A program made the translations under genes and the position numbers. DNA of 64,000 nucleotides from Balanoglossus misakiensis (taxonomy: Eukaryota > Animalia > Hemichordata), in the NCBI GenBank assembly GCA_040954595.2, contig CM082585.2, positions 7,589,808-7,653,807 of the forward strand. Reading direction: 5' to 3'. Numbering within the stretch: position 1 is the stretch's first letter; each line of letters opens with the position of its first letter. This document shows positions 1 through 13,800 of this stretch, piece after piece. Under the pieces are notes generated by a model. It did no database searches. It worked only from the letters and a program-made list of their open reading frames with translations, and had not been told where the DNA came from.

Positions 1-3000
1 GCTGATCAACCCGTGGTGGTTGTGTTTTGACTGGGCCATGGGCTGTGTGCCACTCATAGAATCTGTCTTCGATCCACGATTGTTGACCGTGTTCCTGTTC
101 TGGGGCGTGCTGGGAAGCTTGTTGGCGTTTGGAGTGGTGGCGAAAGCCTGCCATGAGAAAAGGTGGGAGTCTGATAAGAGCTTTTCCAGTAGATATCAAA
201 GATCAAATCTGACATCTTTGCATCAGAAAAATAGTTCAGAATTATGTAAAATTGACACTCAACCCGGCTAAAAGTCTGGAACATAATAAAGTTGTGGGCA
301 CCTTCTCAAATCATATATGATCAAATATATCTATATTTATGCATTGCGAATCACTCTTTTCATCATTATAGGTTGTTGATCATGGGCCTTGCATTGCTGA
401 TCATTCCGTTTCTACCGGCAACCAATCTCTTCTTCCGAGTGGGCTTCGTGATCGCCGAGAGACAGCTCTACCTTCCCAGTCTCGGCTACTGCGTCCTGGT
501 CACTCTTGGGCTCTGTAAGATATGCCACTGGAAGGAAGGCTATAAAACAGTAAGAGAAATCATTTTGCTTTTTCTGATTTTCTGATTTTGCACTTACAGG
601 AATAAATACTATTATTATTTTCTTTGAGTTATACCAACAAAACAATCGCGTTCTAATGCAACTACAGTCAAACCTGTCTATAGTGGCCAGTCAAGGGACT
701 TTCCTAAACTGGCCTTTATTGACAGGTGGCCTTTATGCAGAGGTTGATTAATGCACATGTGAATTGCACAGGGACTGTAACAAAGTGACCACTATATACA
801 GGTGACCACTATATAGGGGTGGCCACTAACAGGGGTTTGACTGTATCACGTTTTCACACAACAGGCTATCCAGCTGTTTATTGTGACTTTGGTGGCAGTC
901 AACATGTGGAGAAGTATAGCCAGAAGCCACGAATGGACGAAAGAAGAACTGCTTTATAAATCAGGGGCCAGAGTGTGTCCGCTGAACGCCAAGGTAACGG
1001 ATCTCTTCAAACCTTTCTCAATATTTACCATGATTTTTCCTTGGTATAATTTTCAGGTTTTGTCGGCAAAATATCTTCTTGAGTGAAGTGTTGTGACTGT
1101 ACATGTATCATATCCAAGCAGACTGTTACTGTAAAGGATTATCATAGAGAGCCATTTTTGATCGCATATTCTTATTTATGGTAGGTTCATTACAACATTG
1201 CCAAGAACATCGCTGACTTCGGAGACTTGGACGAAGCCATAGGGCATTACAGGGAGGCCATTAGGTAAGCATAATAACTTGGAATATCATTAGGTATAAA
1301 TGTAAAAGGGATACTTTATTTCAGAGATGTTGGAAACTGGATTTATGTAACCATGTCATTTTCTCTGAACACACTAGATTACATCCAGAGTACGACCAAG
1401 CCATGAACAATCTGGCGAACATTCTTAAAGACATGCGTCAAGAGTTAGAAGCTGAGACCCTGTTGAACAAGGCAGTGGAAATCAGGTGAGTAAAAAACAC
1501 CCCTCCCCAAGCCACTATGTGGTACAACCCATTGTTCTCATCAGTATGGTTGGACCCACACACAAGGGATGGGGCGAACAGGTTGAGTACAGATTCTGAA
1601 GTGTTAATTTTTTTTTACCCGTCATTATGTTACTTGGTTCAGTCTGAGAAGAAAAATACTGGAAACATGGCGAAAAGTTACAGCTAATGGAGCTTTAATT
1701 AATATAACCAGTGCATAATTTCAAATAATATACATGTATCTCCAAAGCTGTTGACTGTCATTTTCTGTGTGTTATAATCAGACCTGAATTCGCAGCTGCC
1801 TGGATGAACCTAGGAATAGTGCAAGCGGCTCTGAAAAAATACTCCTTAGCTGAAAAAAGTTACTTCAATGCTCTGACACACAGAAGAAATTATCCGGACT
1901 GCTTTTTCAATCTTGGAAATCTGGTAAACTGCTTTCTAGAATATTTTATTTTGTTTCTAAATGATTTTTTATTTCCTTTGAAAAATATGAAATATGGTTT
2001 GTGTACATTTTACAGTAATATTGCAATGGCTTACCCAAAACCCCAAAACCATTACCTGCCTTCATTTCAAATTCATCCTTGCAGACCATAAATATTTCCC
2101 TTCTAACATCTGAGTTTATTTTACTTTCCATCTGGTTTTTTTATGCATTACATATAGTTGTAACTACTTTGACAAAGTTTCATCCCACCGAAAGGGACTG
2201 ATCACATTGAAACAAACTACTAGAAGTTAAAAATGCAGGTTGATATCTGCTACAAAAACCTCAAAATGGTGATGTGAACTTTGTCAATGAAGTTGCTGTG
2301 TGAACATTACCAGGGAACAGCAATTGTTTCCATGGTAATCATATATTTCCCCACCACTGTGTTAACCTGTCATCCTCATGCTGGCATGCCTTTTGTTTTG
2401 TTTGTTTTTGTTTCTTTTGACATCTCTCTACTCCCGTGTCATTGGTCTGTGTGTGTGTGCGTGGCTTGCCTTGTCCCTGTAGTACTTAGACCAGAAACGA
2501 ATCCCAGAGGCACTGCGCGTGTGGACTAACGCGACCCAATTGAAACAGCGCCACCTACAGGCATGGAGCAATATAATCCTCACGTTAGACAACGAAGGTG
2601 AGAGGTCGATCAACAAAGGCGTGGCGTATCCCTAATTTTTTGTCGCTCATTTTAATTCCTGTTTATCATAACCCTGCACCGACTCATCCCTTCTCTTCCT
2701 CCTCACCGCCTCATCTAACAACCACTCGATTATAATTGGTAGATGTGTTTGTCAGAGAGATGCCTCGGAATCTTAACCATAAGAGTGCGGGGCCAAGGAG
2801 GGTGGGGGAGGGGGGGGTCATAGCAGCTACAGGTATGGGTTTACTTGCTGATTCTACAAAGCAAACCCAGGCCTCTCTGACAGCCTCATCTTGCCAAGGG
2901 TGCTAATTCGCAGTTTTTATGTTGGGAATTGTGAATCTGACACCTCTTACAAATTTTCTCTGATATTTTCTCCCTCAGTACTTAGACCAAGAGCGCCACC

Positions 3001-4290
3001 AGGCGGCCTTAGAGTCATGGAACAATGCCACACTCCTTAAACATGATCACAAAATGTCTTGGAGTAATATAATCGCACTTCTTGATAACACTGGTAAGAT
3101 TACACTACTAACATCAGCCGGGATTCTATTGGTCGGTCCTCCTCTATGCTGATTGGCTGGTTTCTCTAATTATTCGTGTTCAGTTGGCCAGGTGTCGACT
3201 TGACCGGGCTGTCTATGGATATTTTTCAGCATTCCTATGGCAGCAAACTCGACCTATTCTGTACACTGCGGAAATTTTCAGAAATAATCTTTTGGACTAA
3301 TTTCTTGGACTGTGGCTTATGAATAAATTCTGTATGTTATTGGTTTCCATGACAACTTCTGGCTAACACACCGCACCCTGTCCCTTAGTAGTCTCCTGTA
3401 ATTAACAGTGTTTTATATCGTGGTGGTGCCATAAATAAATAAACAATGAACAAGTATCCAGTTCAATGTGAAGTTGAAGAAGAAATTTCATGAAGCACTT
3501 AGTTTATGCTGATTGTATCGTTAATACATTGTACTAGTGTGTGTGTATTCAGCACCCAGTCCATAGTATACCTCTTCATCAGAATGATTCAACCGTGTCG
3601 ATCGCTACATGTACATTTTGTCTCCTGCTGACCCTAGGCCAGTATGATGCGGCTATCCAAACAGCCGAGAGAGCCCTCCAGTATCTGCCTAATGATGACA
3701 GTCTTTTCTTTGGGATGGCCAATGTGTACGGCAAGATGGGCAAATACCAGGTACATGTATGCAGTTTTCCCGGCTTGCTTTGTTCTATCTCTCAGTACCA
3801 TCAACCGACAGATATATTTTGAATTCAAGTCCGGACTAGAATTCATTTGTCCACGCGGATAACATTGGTCGTTACGCATACAGGCTATGTTGACAAGCTG
3901 AGTACTGGGTATATTGTTATACTGTCTGGAATAGAGCGAGAAATTGCATTTGGTACACCGAACGAAAATACTGGAAATAAAGCCAAAAGTTATAGCTTAT
4001 GTCCCTTTAAACCAATCAGCATCAATCAAAGAACAGTGCTGACAAGATGTCTGATGTTATCTCCTCATTTTTAGGACGCTGAGAAGTATTTCTTGAAAGC
4101 CCTGGCGCTGAAGCCCGACTCGGCCAATTACCTCGGCAACCTGGGGGTGCTGTACCACCGGTGGGAGAAGTACGGGAAGGCCGAGACGTACTACAAGAAG
4201 TCGCTGGAGCTGGAGCCCAACAGCGCCACCATGGTGCAGAACCTGAATAAGCTGTACCGCAAGGTGGCCAAAGGGAAATCAGCGACGTGA
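1..4290 (+). CDS. TMTC4: Protein O-mannosyltransferase TMTC4-like (transmembrane + TPR), 3' part; the gene starts before the window
   Basis: Spliced exons read PWWLCFDWAMGCVPLI, PFLPATNLFFRVGFVIAERQLYLPSLG, LYKSGARVCPLNAKVHYNIAK, then TPR repeats (YDQAMNNLANILKD, AAWMNLGIVQ, NYLGNLGVLYHRW) to TGA at 4288-4290. Approximate exons: 1-162, 372-549, 864-993, 1185-1264, 1378-1485, 1782-1923, [2483-2597 or 2979-3093], 3638-3750, 4075-4290. Confidence 0.93.
663..845. mobile_element. Short Tc1/mariner-pogo-type MITE in a TMTC4 intron
   Basis: Terminal inverted repeat TA-CAGTCAAACC...GGTTTGACTG-TA with TA at both ends, internal repeats (GTGACCACTATATA x2, GGCCTTTAT x2), no ORF. Confidence 0.8.
2483..2597 (+). 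CDS. TMTC4: TMTC4 alternative TPR exon A (115 nt)
   Basis: ag|TACTTAGACCAG...GACAACGAAG|gtgag; translates YLDQKRIPEALRVWTNATQLKQRHLQAWSNIILTLDNE(G); phase 0 in, phase 1 out. Confidence 0.85.
2979..3093 (+). CDS. TMTC4: TMTC4 alternative TPR exon B (115 nt)
   Basis: ag|TACTTAGACCAA...GATAACACTG|gtaag; translates YLDQERHQAALESWNNATLLKHDHKMSWSNIIALLDNT(G); same length and phases as exon A. Confidence 0.88.
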
Positions 4291-4341
4291 TGAGGGTGAG
4301 AAAGACTTGGGGGGGAACTGCTATGACCTGTCTCTCATTGT

Positions 4342-4430
4342 TTAACCCCTTTCGCCACCATGGTTCGGTCCAATTCCATTGTTTTCTATGGTAGAGTTGG
4401 ATCTCTACATAGAGAAGTGGGGTGGAAGGG
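4342..4430 (+). mobile_element. ~90-bp dispersed mini-element (piggyBac-like TTAA-CCC...GGG ends), copy in the TMTC4 3' UTR
   Basis: TTAACCCCTTTCGCCACCATGGTTCGGTCCAA...CTATGGTAGAGTTGGA...GGAAGGG; related copies at 14057-14136 (reverse) and 32695-32782. Confidence 0.6.
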
Positions 4431-6725
4431 TACATGTATGAAGCAGCCCATCAAATATACAGTACATGTAGTGTATACAGTAGAAAGAAATTCTTGTTCC
4501 AATATGTGGACCAATAGACTTGAACCAAAATGGTACTAAAGTTTATTTGACATAAACGGTCTGAAAGAAGTGACTCCTATCAGCTTCGATCGAATATTGT
4601 ATAAATACGGTATATATTTTTCCAATGCATGCGTAATCTCAATCAGGCTTTCGCATTCGAAAGTTTCTAAATGTAAGGTAATATCTGATTGGTTCGTTTA
4701 CAGAGTACATGCTGTGCAGAAACATATTGATCCAATCAACAGTATTCTTGTGTACCAATAATGATGTCATCTATGATGTCAATAAACTAAAGTCTTGTGC
4801 CTTATATAATCCTGAATATAAAAGAAAAATGGACTTTAGATTTCTAATTATTGTATAAAGAATTAAATTTCTGGAAAATTCTCAAGTTTATATTGATCCA
4901 AAATATATTTAAATACAGGAAACTATACAAGATTTCTATTGCCAAAGGATTGCAGGTCCCCTGCATGTATTTCATAAAAACGTTGTGTATAATTTTTGAT
5001 AATTTGCTAATATACAGTGATAATTATTCCAACATTGCTGACTTCAGTAACTTTATTTGGCAATGTTTAGGAGCACTCACACAAAGAGATAACATGAAGA
5101 TTTTGCTGTGTTGCAATAAATGTACATTATCTTCTATTAGACTCCACTATGTGGAGAAATGTCAGATTTTAAATATGCCAAAACACCATGATATATGCCA
5201 TTGTAAACATAATAGATAATATTTAGCTATTTGTCGGATAATAGTGTAACCACGGTGTAACCAGGACGTGTTTTTTTTATAATTAATGCACATGTGAAAA
5301 TTTGTCTATTCAAGACAAAAGTAGAGTGCTTGTGTGAAATCAAGTGCCTGCAAATAGTATTTACAAAAAATAATTACAATTTCTGCTTGTAACAATCATT
5401 GTAGGACAGGCCTATATTTAGTACCTCCTATCAGAAAAGTATATTTTCACTTTAGCAGATTTTCCATTTGTTGAAAAAGGTCAGTTCTTATGGATTTGTT
5501 TTCCTGCTTTCACTGCCAAACATTTAGAATAAAGCAAAAAGAGGCAGTCAAACCTTCTAAGAAAATCAGTTATCTGCCAGTGTGTGCACAGAGTAGGCCT
5601 GTGAAAATGCCATCTTGCACTGCACATTGAAGTTATGTTTGTGAAATAATGACTAGATATATTTTACCACAGGATATCCAGATTGAGTTAGTAGTTAGAG
5701 AGCTTTTTGGACATTGCAGCTAATAATTCTGTAAATATCTGGTGGTGTAATTATCATGATTTCCTTTATAATTTATCAATTTTGTTTCCAATTTGCATGA
5801 TATGACTGAAATAATGGAATTGTTTTGGGGGTTTGAAGGAATACGGAAATGTTATATTTTTTCTTTCGAACAGGTTTTCCTACTGTGACTATTGATAAAA
5901 GATATCAGAGTCTTTAGATTGTAAGAATATTTTCCTCTTTATTGCAATAAAGAAAAGCCAATGAAAGAATGAGTATATGAAAAGTATTTACAATGTTTGT
6001 TGATGTTTTGTGGCGTTCGAGTACGCAGACCGAAGTAGGCATGCAAGAGGACCGTTATGTTACATTTTTTTGTTTGTTTGGAAAAAATGACAGCCCTCCT
6101 CTGAGAAGCCACGAGCAGTGTTAAAACGTTCAGGAATAGAACTTATTGGTCTACGTTCTTGAACTCGGAAATATTTACAAAAGTATAAAATATTAATTTT
6201 GTAACTGGTTACAAGTTGTTTTTAAAAATAACTTACTCAATATGTGGGACAGAATCTCAGTAATGTCTCCACTCCAGAAGATGTTTTTGTGTTATTCCTG
6301 ATCTGGGAAATATTTTATTCACGCATGTGTTTCATGCTTTTCTACCCAATGTCCTGTGAAAATTTTTGATATTGTCAAAAAAATGCTTTATTCCATCATT
6401 GTGAGGTTGTAATTATGCACACAGGGGCGTGGCATTCCCACTTGTTTGCCGATGAAGTGAAATTTCCGGCAATGTTCGGTTAGATCAAAAAGGAAAACCT
6501 TAAACTTTATTCCACAAATCTTAGAGAAAAGCCCCTTGGCTTTTTTTTACTAGCTTGAGGTTACTATGCATAAGAAACCTCACATGATGTTGTAGTTGGA
6601 AGGGACCCAAAAGTCTTTGAATCGTTGACTAGTACACAGACGCGACTTGTGAAAACACCTTCTGGCAGTGTGTGTGTGTACTGTGTAAATAGTCCCGACA
6701 GTGGGGAACAGCTGCACAGCCTGGA

Positions 6726-9343
6726 CTAGAACTCCACCACATCCACCATGATGAGTTTGCTCTCGATGATGTCCTTCAGCCAGGACTCGCGAAACCTCGA
6801 CGTCCCGGGCTTGTGGACGAGTCTGTTGGCCTCGAAGACGTAGTACACCTCCACCGGAAAATGCTGGAATTCAAAGAAAATTCTTGTTGAATTAAAGAGC
6901 CTCTAGGAAGAGAATGTACCATCACAGTCAAGGCACCGATGTCGCTGTGTGGCGCGAACCAAAGTTCACCGGACACTGCTCAGCCAATGATCACAAGTTG
7001 GGAGCACACGCAGGGCCCTGATTGGTCCGGCAATGTGGGCCGACGTGATCGACTGCAGCGATGTCATCCGAGAAATGACCTTCGGTTATAAGAGGTCATT
7101 CCAGACAAAGGAACAGCGCAAAGCTCTGCGGGGGCTGGTGCCACCCTTTCACCTGTCACATAAATGCTGCATTGATTCGATCAAGTGCAAGAATTTCATT
7201 GTTGTGTACACCGACTCCACAAATCAATACCATCTTAGTCTGGTTATGAAGCAGTTACAGAAATGTTTTCGAATCACAAAAGTGTGAAATGTAAATTCTC
7301 TGCAGGATTTTAACTAGCAACTTTAACAGAACAGGTGATCTGATATCCGGTCACAAGCAACGTTCCAACAAATCTCTCAGTATTGATTAGCAATAAATAA
7401 CAGCCAGCTAGACAGAACTAAACAGGAAAAGCACATAAGTTTCATAGATTTGTATCAGTTATGTGCAATTTACGATTTGCGATCACAAGATCACCCCTGT
7501 CAAATTTGATTCGGTGTCTAAATTTAACACCCAACTCTGAAATGTTTCACTTACCCCTGGTTTGATCTTGGAGGCTTCTATGGTGAAGTAAACGCAAGCA
7601 GTGGCCCTGGGAATGGGTTTCCTGCGTGTCGGAATGCTCCATCTGACCTGGTAACGATAAAATTTACTATACTCATCCTCTTCCTCCCTCAGAAAATCGA
7701 TACAGTACAGCCAGGCTCCGACATACTCCCACGTTGTCTGTCGGGAAGGAATTACAAAAGAAGAAAGAAATTTAGACCCAAAGCTTAATACACCGTACTT
7801 TGCAGTTTACCTGAAACAAACCAATACGTGGAGTGCTCAGCTATTGATCGGGAAAGCTATTAATATATTTACTCTGCGGCAAACAATTGTTGCCATGGTG
7901 ACAATAACTGAAACTGACACAACATACTCTTTGATATTTGATTTAGTTCATTGAACAATTACACCAAGTGTAACTGGTATATGGTAATTAGTCACCCTGT
8001 TCTCTCTCCATAGTGACAGACAGGCCAAAGAAAATAAAGTGACGTGTTTAATTTTTTTTCTCTCTCGAGTAGGGACAAAGAGGTCACCTGTGTACCATGT
8101 ATTGATTTATACAAAGTGATTGGTATAAAAAGTCATTGATTTTAATTACTTATCAACGATGTCTCTTGACGACGTGACCTTTGGACTGAAAAAAAATTTG
8201 GAATTTGGAGTCGGGCCAAAGCAATGCGTGAATGTCAAAAAAAAAAGAGCGTTGGTTCTATAGACGGTGAAGGGTCTAGACCTGGTGTTTATACAAAGCC
8301 TTACAATACAATACAGCCCTGGGACAGGGCCGGCGGAAAGGACAGATTGGCGCAGAGCGGGATAATGAAATTTAATGTAATTGTTTGAACACTCCATAGC
8401 AATAGGCCGACACACAAAAGCTGTGACGAAGAAGCCGGCCACTAGGATAGACAAACATTTGGATGTTTATTTGTTTATCTAAAGCTGGCAGGTTGCTACA
8501 AACAGCAGCAGCCATGAAAGCTGTGAAACGTTATTAAATATCAACCGTGTTTAAAGTGAAAGAATACAAAATGTGAGAAAATAGTAGTATGAAATGAATA
8601 ATATTTAAAAAAAATTAAGGATTGAGAATCATGCAGTATTTTCAAATTCTTTCCGATACACTTGGTTTTTTTCAGTTGCTGGTTGTTTCCAACCATTTGG
8701 TAACTTACAAAATTGTCTGGTGAGATCTAGAAAACGACACCAGCTCAATTTGGTAAGTTACCAAATAGTAAGATGCAACGGTTGGTTCTTGGAAACATGT
8801 TCAGAGCCAAGGAAACTGTTCTACTAGAAGTTACACACAGGAGCAAACACACGCAGTTGCCAGGGGGAAATGGTGAGAGAGAGAGCAAAACCCAGAGCAG
8901 ATTTTGAAAATGTTGCTTCGAATATATGGTTGGAATCAGGTTGCAAGCAAGATGCTGGCAACGCAAGCTGAGTGTAAAATGAATTGATCTTTTGTTGCTA
9001 AACCAAGAGTTGCTATGGAATCGCCTGTGGTACCGGCATGATATTACCCCCGGCACGCTAACACCAAGTGATGTAGCAGGTCCATATTCACCTTGATAAA
9101 TTCTTCGATTTTTTCGATTCCCTTTTCCGGCGTGAACTCGTCGCATCGCATCCATTTGATGTTCTTGACGTCGTAGTCGGGCCACTCCGAGTACAGCAGG
9201 GTGTCGTAGTCGCGGATGGTGGTCGATTCTGGTCTACTGCCGGACTGCTGCAGGCCCATCTCTTTGATCAGCCGCCGCCGAGCATTGCTGATGACTCGGT
9301 CCACCAATACATGGGCTTGCTCTTCCAACTCCGGGTCACTCAT
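6726..9343 (-). CDS. AKAP14: A-kinase anchor protein 14-like (AKAP28 domain), 3 coding exons, ~190 aa
   Basis: Exons 9343-9092, 7737-7555 and 6863-6726, all phase 0: ...IKWMRCDEFTPEKGIEKIEEFIK / TTWEYVGAWLYCIDF...VRWSIPTRRKPIPRATACVYFTIEASKIKPG / HFPVEVYYVFEANRLVHKPGTSRFRESWLKDIIESK...VVEF*. Matches the recalled AKAP14 pattern. Confidence 0.88.
7889..7902. promoter_or_regulatory. RFX X-box-like motif in an AKAP14 intron
   Basis: GTTGCCATGGTGAC fits the X-box consensus; a similar motif lies at 9009-9022 (GTTGCTATGGAATC). AKAP14 is a ciliary gene. Function is not shown. Confidence 0.35.
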
Positions 9344-10338
9344 AATTCAATGTTTCCCCCTGAAAATGAAACCGACCAGGTATTGTTTCTTTCACTTGAG
9401 AAGAAAGCTAAAAATATGAAATGCATGCTTTTCAAACAGTAACAAAAACTGCAAACTTCATTCGCATTGCTGCGACCGGCCTTAATACCTGTGGAAAAAT
9501 CAACCCGATTCGAAAAGTCGCTTTCTTTTCAATTGCATTTCTGAAATACGAAGTGATCGCCGGTTTGTTCGGAACACCGGTTCGCGAGTGACTGGTCTCG
9601 ACATCTTAGCGATCGCCTCTGCAGACAAGCCGGTCGTGCGTCAGAATGACGAATGAAATGATCAATAGCCTTTGAGGTGTAGTCGGCAAGATAATAGAGA
9701 ACAGGTAGGTGCACGTACGGTTGCTTAGTACATTCATAACATTAACACCAAACAAAAGCAACCTTCCTCACAGTTGCTAGCGACGTTGCGATCCCTGGTA
9801 ATAATTTCGGGCACAAGGCATAGTTGCAAAACTAGAACGCAGATGGGTGACAAAAATTTTCCCGGTTAACCCACACGCGGTTTTTATAGAATATCGGCAA
9901 CTGTCAAGCTGATGAAATATTTCTTGTGGATCCATTCTTACCGGGAAATCGGTCCAACTTGCTTTGGAAACGACGGAACCTTGCGTAAAGATGAGCTGAA
10001 TACGGAAGTCGCAACACTTCGGTTCTGTTTTCATCCGTTGCTGTTGACAACAGCCGTATGTTCGGTTTTCTTTACTCCAATGAATTGAAAAGTTTAAAAG
10101 CCATCGTCATTATGTACTCATCATTTAAATGAAGCTGTTACTGTTTAGTAGAGTCTAAAACCTTGGAAAGGAATATAATTCTCATGAAATTCATATAAAT
10201 AAAGAGTATCGTAACAAATTTTGTAACTCCTCGTCGGTAGTGTCTTATCCAATTCAATTCATTGTACTATGACTTCCAATGTTTTGAAAGGTGACATTTC
10301 ATTGGCTAATGTTGCAATGTCAGAGGTCGTGTTTCAAA
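9344..10338. promoter_or_regulatory. Probable bidirectional promoter and 5' UTRs between AKAP14-like and CDC16
   Basis: Divergent start codons ~1 kb apart; ATTGG (CCAAT) box at ~10301; YY1-like CAAAATGGCG overlaps the CDC16 ATG. Confidence 0.5.
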
Positions 10339-10704
10339 ATGGCGGGTGACCATATTTCCAAAGTTGATATCTCGGCAGACTGGGACCTGAGGCCGCTTAT
10401 AGTCAAAAAGGTTAAACAGTATGTGCACCAGGTAGGTCGTATGTGCAACCGCTTGTCTGTATGATCTCTGTAACTTTGTATTCGCTAAACTTTCCCGGTA
10501 CGTCTGCGTTTATTCGCTGGACGCAGAGCCACGATTCATTCATTCACTTTACCACGTGTACCTATGAATGCAGCGGGTGCTGCTAGGTTGGGTGTGTTCG
10601 CAGCCGCAGTCAACCAAGCAGCACCCGCTACAATCATTGCAGCTAACCCTAACCACGGCAACAGTATACTAGCAACGACATACTAACATTATTATCAACA
10701 AAAA

Positions 10705-10793
<89 letters not shown>

Positions 10794-10794
10794 C

Positions 10795-10863
<69 letters not shown>

Positions 10864-13800
10864 GCTGTAACACCAAATTCAACGATGTCTGTGAATTTTA
10901 ACTTGCCTGATGTCTAATCTTTCAGCATCAATATGAAACTGCGCTGTTTTGGGCCGACAAGGCAAATACTCTGTCAAATGGTGAGTTGAGTCAGGTTTAC
11001 TGATATTAGGAAGAGATGTCAAAATAAACTAAATAGTTGATGCAGTCAATTGTGAATCATCTGTTATACTTCCATCATGATCTATAGGTGAGATAAACAC
11101 TAAACAGTGTTTTTGTCATTTCAGGTGATATCGAAGAGGTCTACTGGATTGCACAGTGTTTATATTTAACCGGTCAGTACCACAGGGCAGTGCATGCCAT
11201 CAAGAGTAGAAAGTTTGATAAGGTCAGTTTTCCATCATTAGAGATATGGATGACAAGACTACACTGGTTTTGGTCTTCAGTTTCTTTAATGGGGCTAAAA
11301 CATTGCATAGAACTAGATAAATTGATAATTTTACTCTTTGAGAAGTTACCGTATTTTTTCTGTGAGGGGAACACACTCATCCAAGGCTCCATCTCATTTA
11401 AAGTGAATATTTACAGTTGTGGTTTATTTCATGTCAAGCGTCCAATCAGTAGATCTATAAGTGAATTAAACGTGTTTTATTTCTCTCCTCAAACTCTCTG
11501 CAGAAAGATATGGCATGTCGGTATCTGGCAGCAAAGTGCCACGTAAGTTCACACCCTGGAATGTAAAGAGAAAACGCAGTGTCATTGCATGAAACGAGAT
11601 TCTAAATTGAGTTGATTTTTTGTTGTGATATACCTATACTATTTATAGTTCAAACAGTTTTGCATACTTCGCTGCTTACCTGTGTTGTTTGAAAAATTAT
11701 GTTTAAGGTTGCGATACTGAATTGATGTAGATTGATTTCTTGAAGATAAAATTAAATATTTTGTCTCTGTAGTTTGAGTGCAGAGAGTACCAGGAAGCCT
11801 TGGATGTCCTAGACATGATTGACTTCAGTGCAAAGACACCAAACAAACACAAAAAGGAGGAGCTTGGTACAATGGATTTTGACCATGGAATTCCCAAAGC
11901 ACAGGTAAGTAATATGTGTGGTGGTCTAGGATTACTGTAGATAAGAGTTTTTTACTCTAGTGTCTGCATGTGGGATGGAAGTAGTGTGTGGTCGAACATT
12001 GATTCACTATATATCCACGTGTAGAATGACATAAACATTGTCTTATATCAAACATAGTTAATGGAAAAAGGGCAGCGAGAGTGAGACTTTGTCCTTTTAA
12101 TATATATGTTTCCTTCAATCTACGGTAGTTAAAAGGATCCATGAGTTTACTGCGAGGCAAAGTTTACGAAGCCATGAATAACCGAGCCCTGGCGGCAGAG
12201 AGTTACAAAGAAGCGTTACAAGCGGACGTCTATTGCTGCGAGGCGTTTGATTTACTCGTGCGGCATAACATGCTGACAGCAAAAGAAGGTAATGCTGAGT
12301 GCAGTAATACAGAATAATTCGCATTGAACCAGATGAGCATTATCCAAAATGAAGTAGCCAAAACAAATGTTTCTGAGCTAAAATTTACCATGGGTAGAAC
12401 TCTGCCCAGAGAACTATGTAGTGGGCTGGACAGTGGTTGCATATACAAGTTCTGCTACTCATATTATAATTATTCTTTTCCTTTTCACAGAGCAGGCACT
12501 GTTAGAATCACTGCCATTTGAACAACAGTGCGTCGAAGGAGATCACGATCTCGTGAAATTTTTATACAGAAATAAACTAAACAAGGTAAGTTGTACCATA
12601 TTACCACATGGGGTTGTAATATAGTTGAGGTGTGTGTGTATATAAGTCCCTGGGTGTGTCTGCGCATTCATGTGGGTCTCACTAATCGATTCCAATCCTC
12701 TCTTTTTTATCAGTTTGACAAACCAAACGCACCTAGCCACCAGCCAGCCATACACGCCTTGCACGACAACCTAGATGTGATAACCAACCTAGCGGAGAGA
12801 CACTACTATAATTGCGATTTCAGGACCTGTTACAAAATCACATCCACGTGAGTATGACTCGTCCACTCAGCAATTGCACACAGCCCACTACAAGTGCTAT
12901 GATATATGTATCTTCACGCATTTCCCTGAAAACAACCCTTGTTGCATTCTTGATGAAGGCAACTTTAATTTTCTTCACGCTTGTAAGCTTGCATGGAAAA
13001 TTACCCGATACACGAGGTAACCATGACAACACAATCACCCATTTCCAACCTAATTTCCGTTGTGTGTTATTGTTCTTTGTTGCTACAGGGTTCTAAATGC
13101 AGATCCGTACCACACCCACTGTCTTCCAATACACATAGCGGCTCTTATAGAACTGAAGAAATCCAATGGTAAGTCTCTGAGTTTTTCTCTTATATACACG
13201 GTTCTAATGCAGTAAATCATAGGCTCTCTTTCGATTTGTAGTCATGTATGGGCTAACTGGTATTCTTTCCCCTCTCTCTTATAGCATTGTTTTACTTAGC
13301 TCACAAACTGGTAGATATGTATCCCAGCCAGGCGGTGGCTTGGTATGCTGTGGGATGTTACTACCTGCTGATTGGTAAATTTGAGTTGGCTAGGCGCTAT
13401 TTCAGGTGAGAACTTAAATAGTGCACTCTAGATGGAGAGAGTTTGGTTATGTGTGGGGGAAGGGGAAGTAAACGTACCACTAATAAATTTGATACCCTGT
13501 ATGGATAATTTCATTTTCTTTCAAATGAGCAAATCACCATTTTGATGGATGTGTACAAATGACAGAGCAGAGATGGAAATACTGTACCTTCTTAACATGT
13601 GTGATGTTCAAATCTTTTTCTACAGCAAATCTGCAACGTTAGATAGGAACTACGGCCCAGCTTGGTTGGCATTTGGTCACGCTTTTGCAGCTGAAGGTGA
13701 ACACGACCAGGCAACGGCTGCGTATTTTTCAGCATCACAGATCATGAGAGGGTGAGTAGTCATGAAATAGATTTCTTTGTGTTTTAAAATTGCTGTGCGC

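Noticed and set aside
700-830. Short spaced direct repeats resembling a CRISPR array
   Set aside because: Sub-terminal repeats inside a eukaryotic MITE; too short and irregular, and no cas genes.
10649-10882. Poly-Met/poly-Asp ORF
   Set aside because: Translation of the intronic (CAT)n microsatellite.
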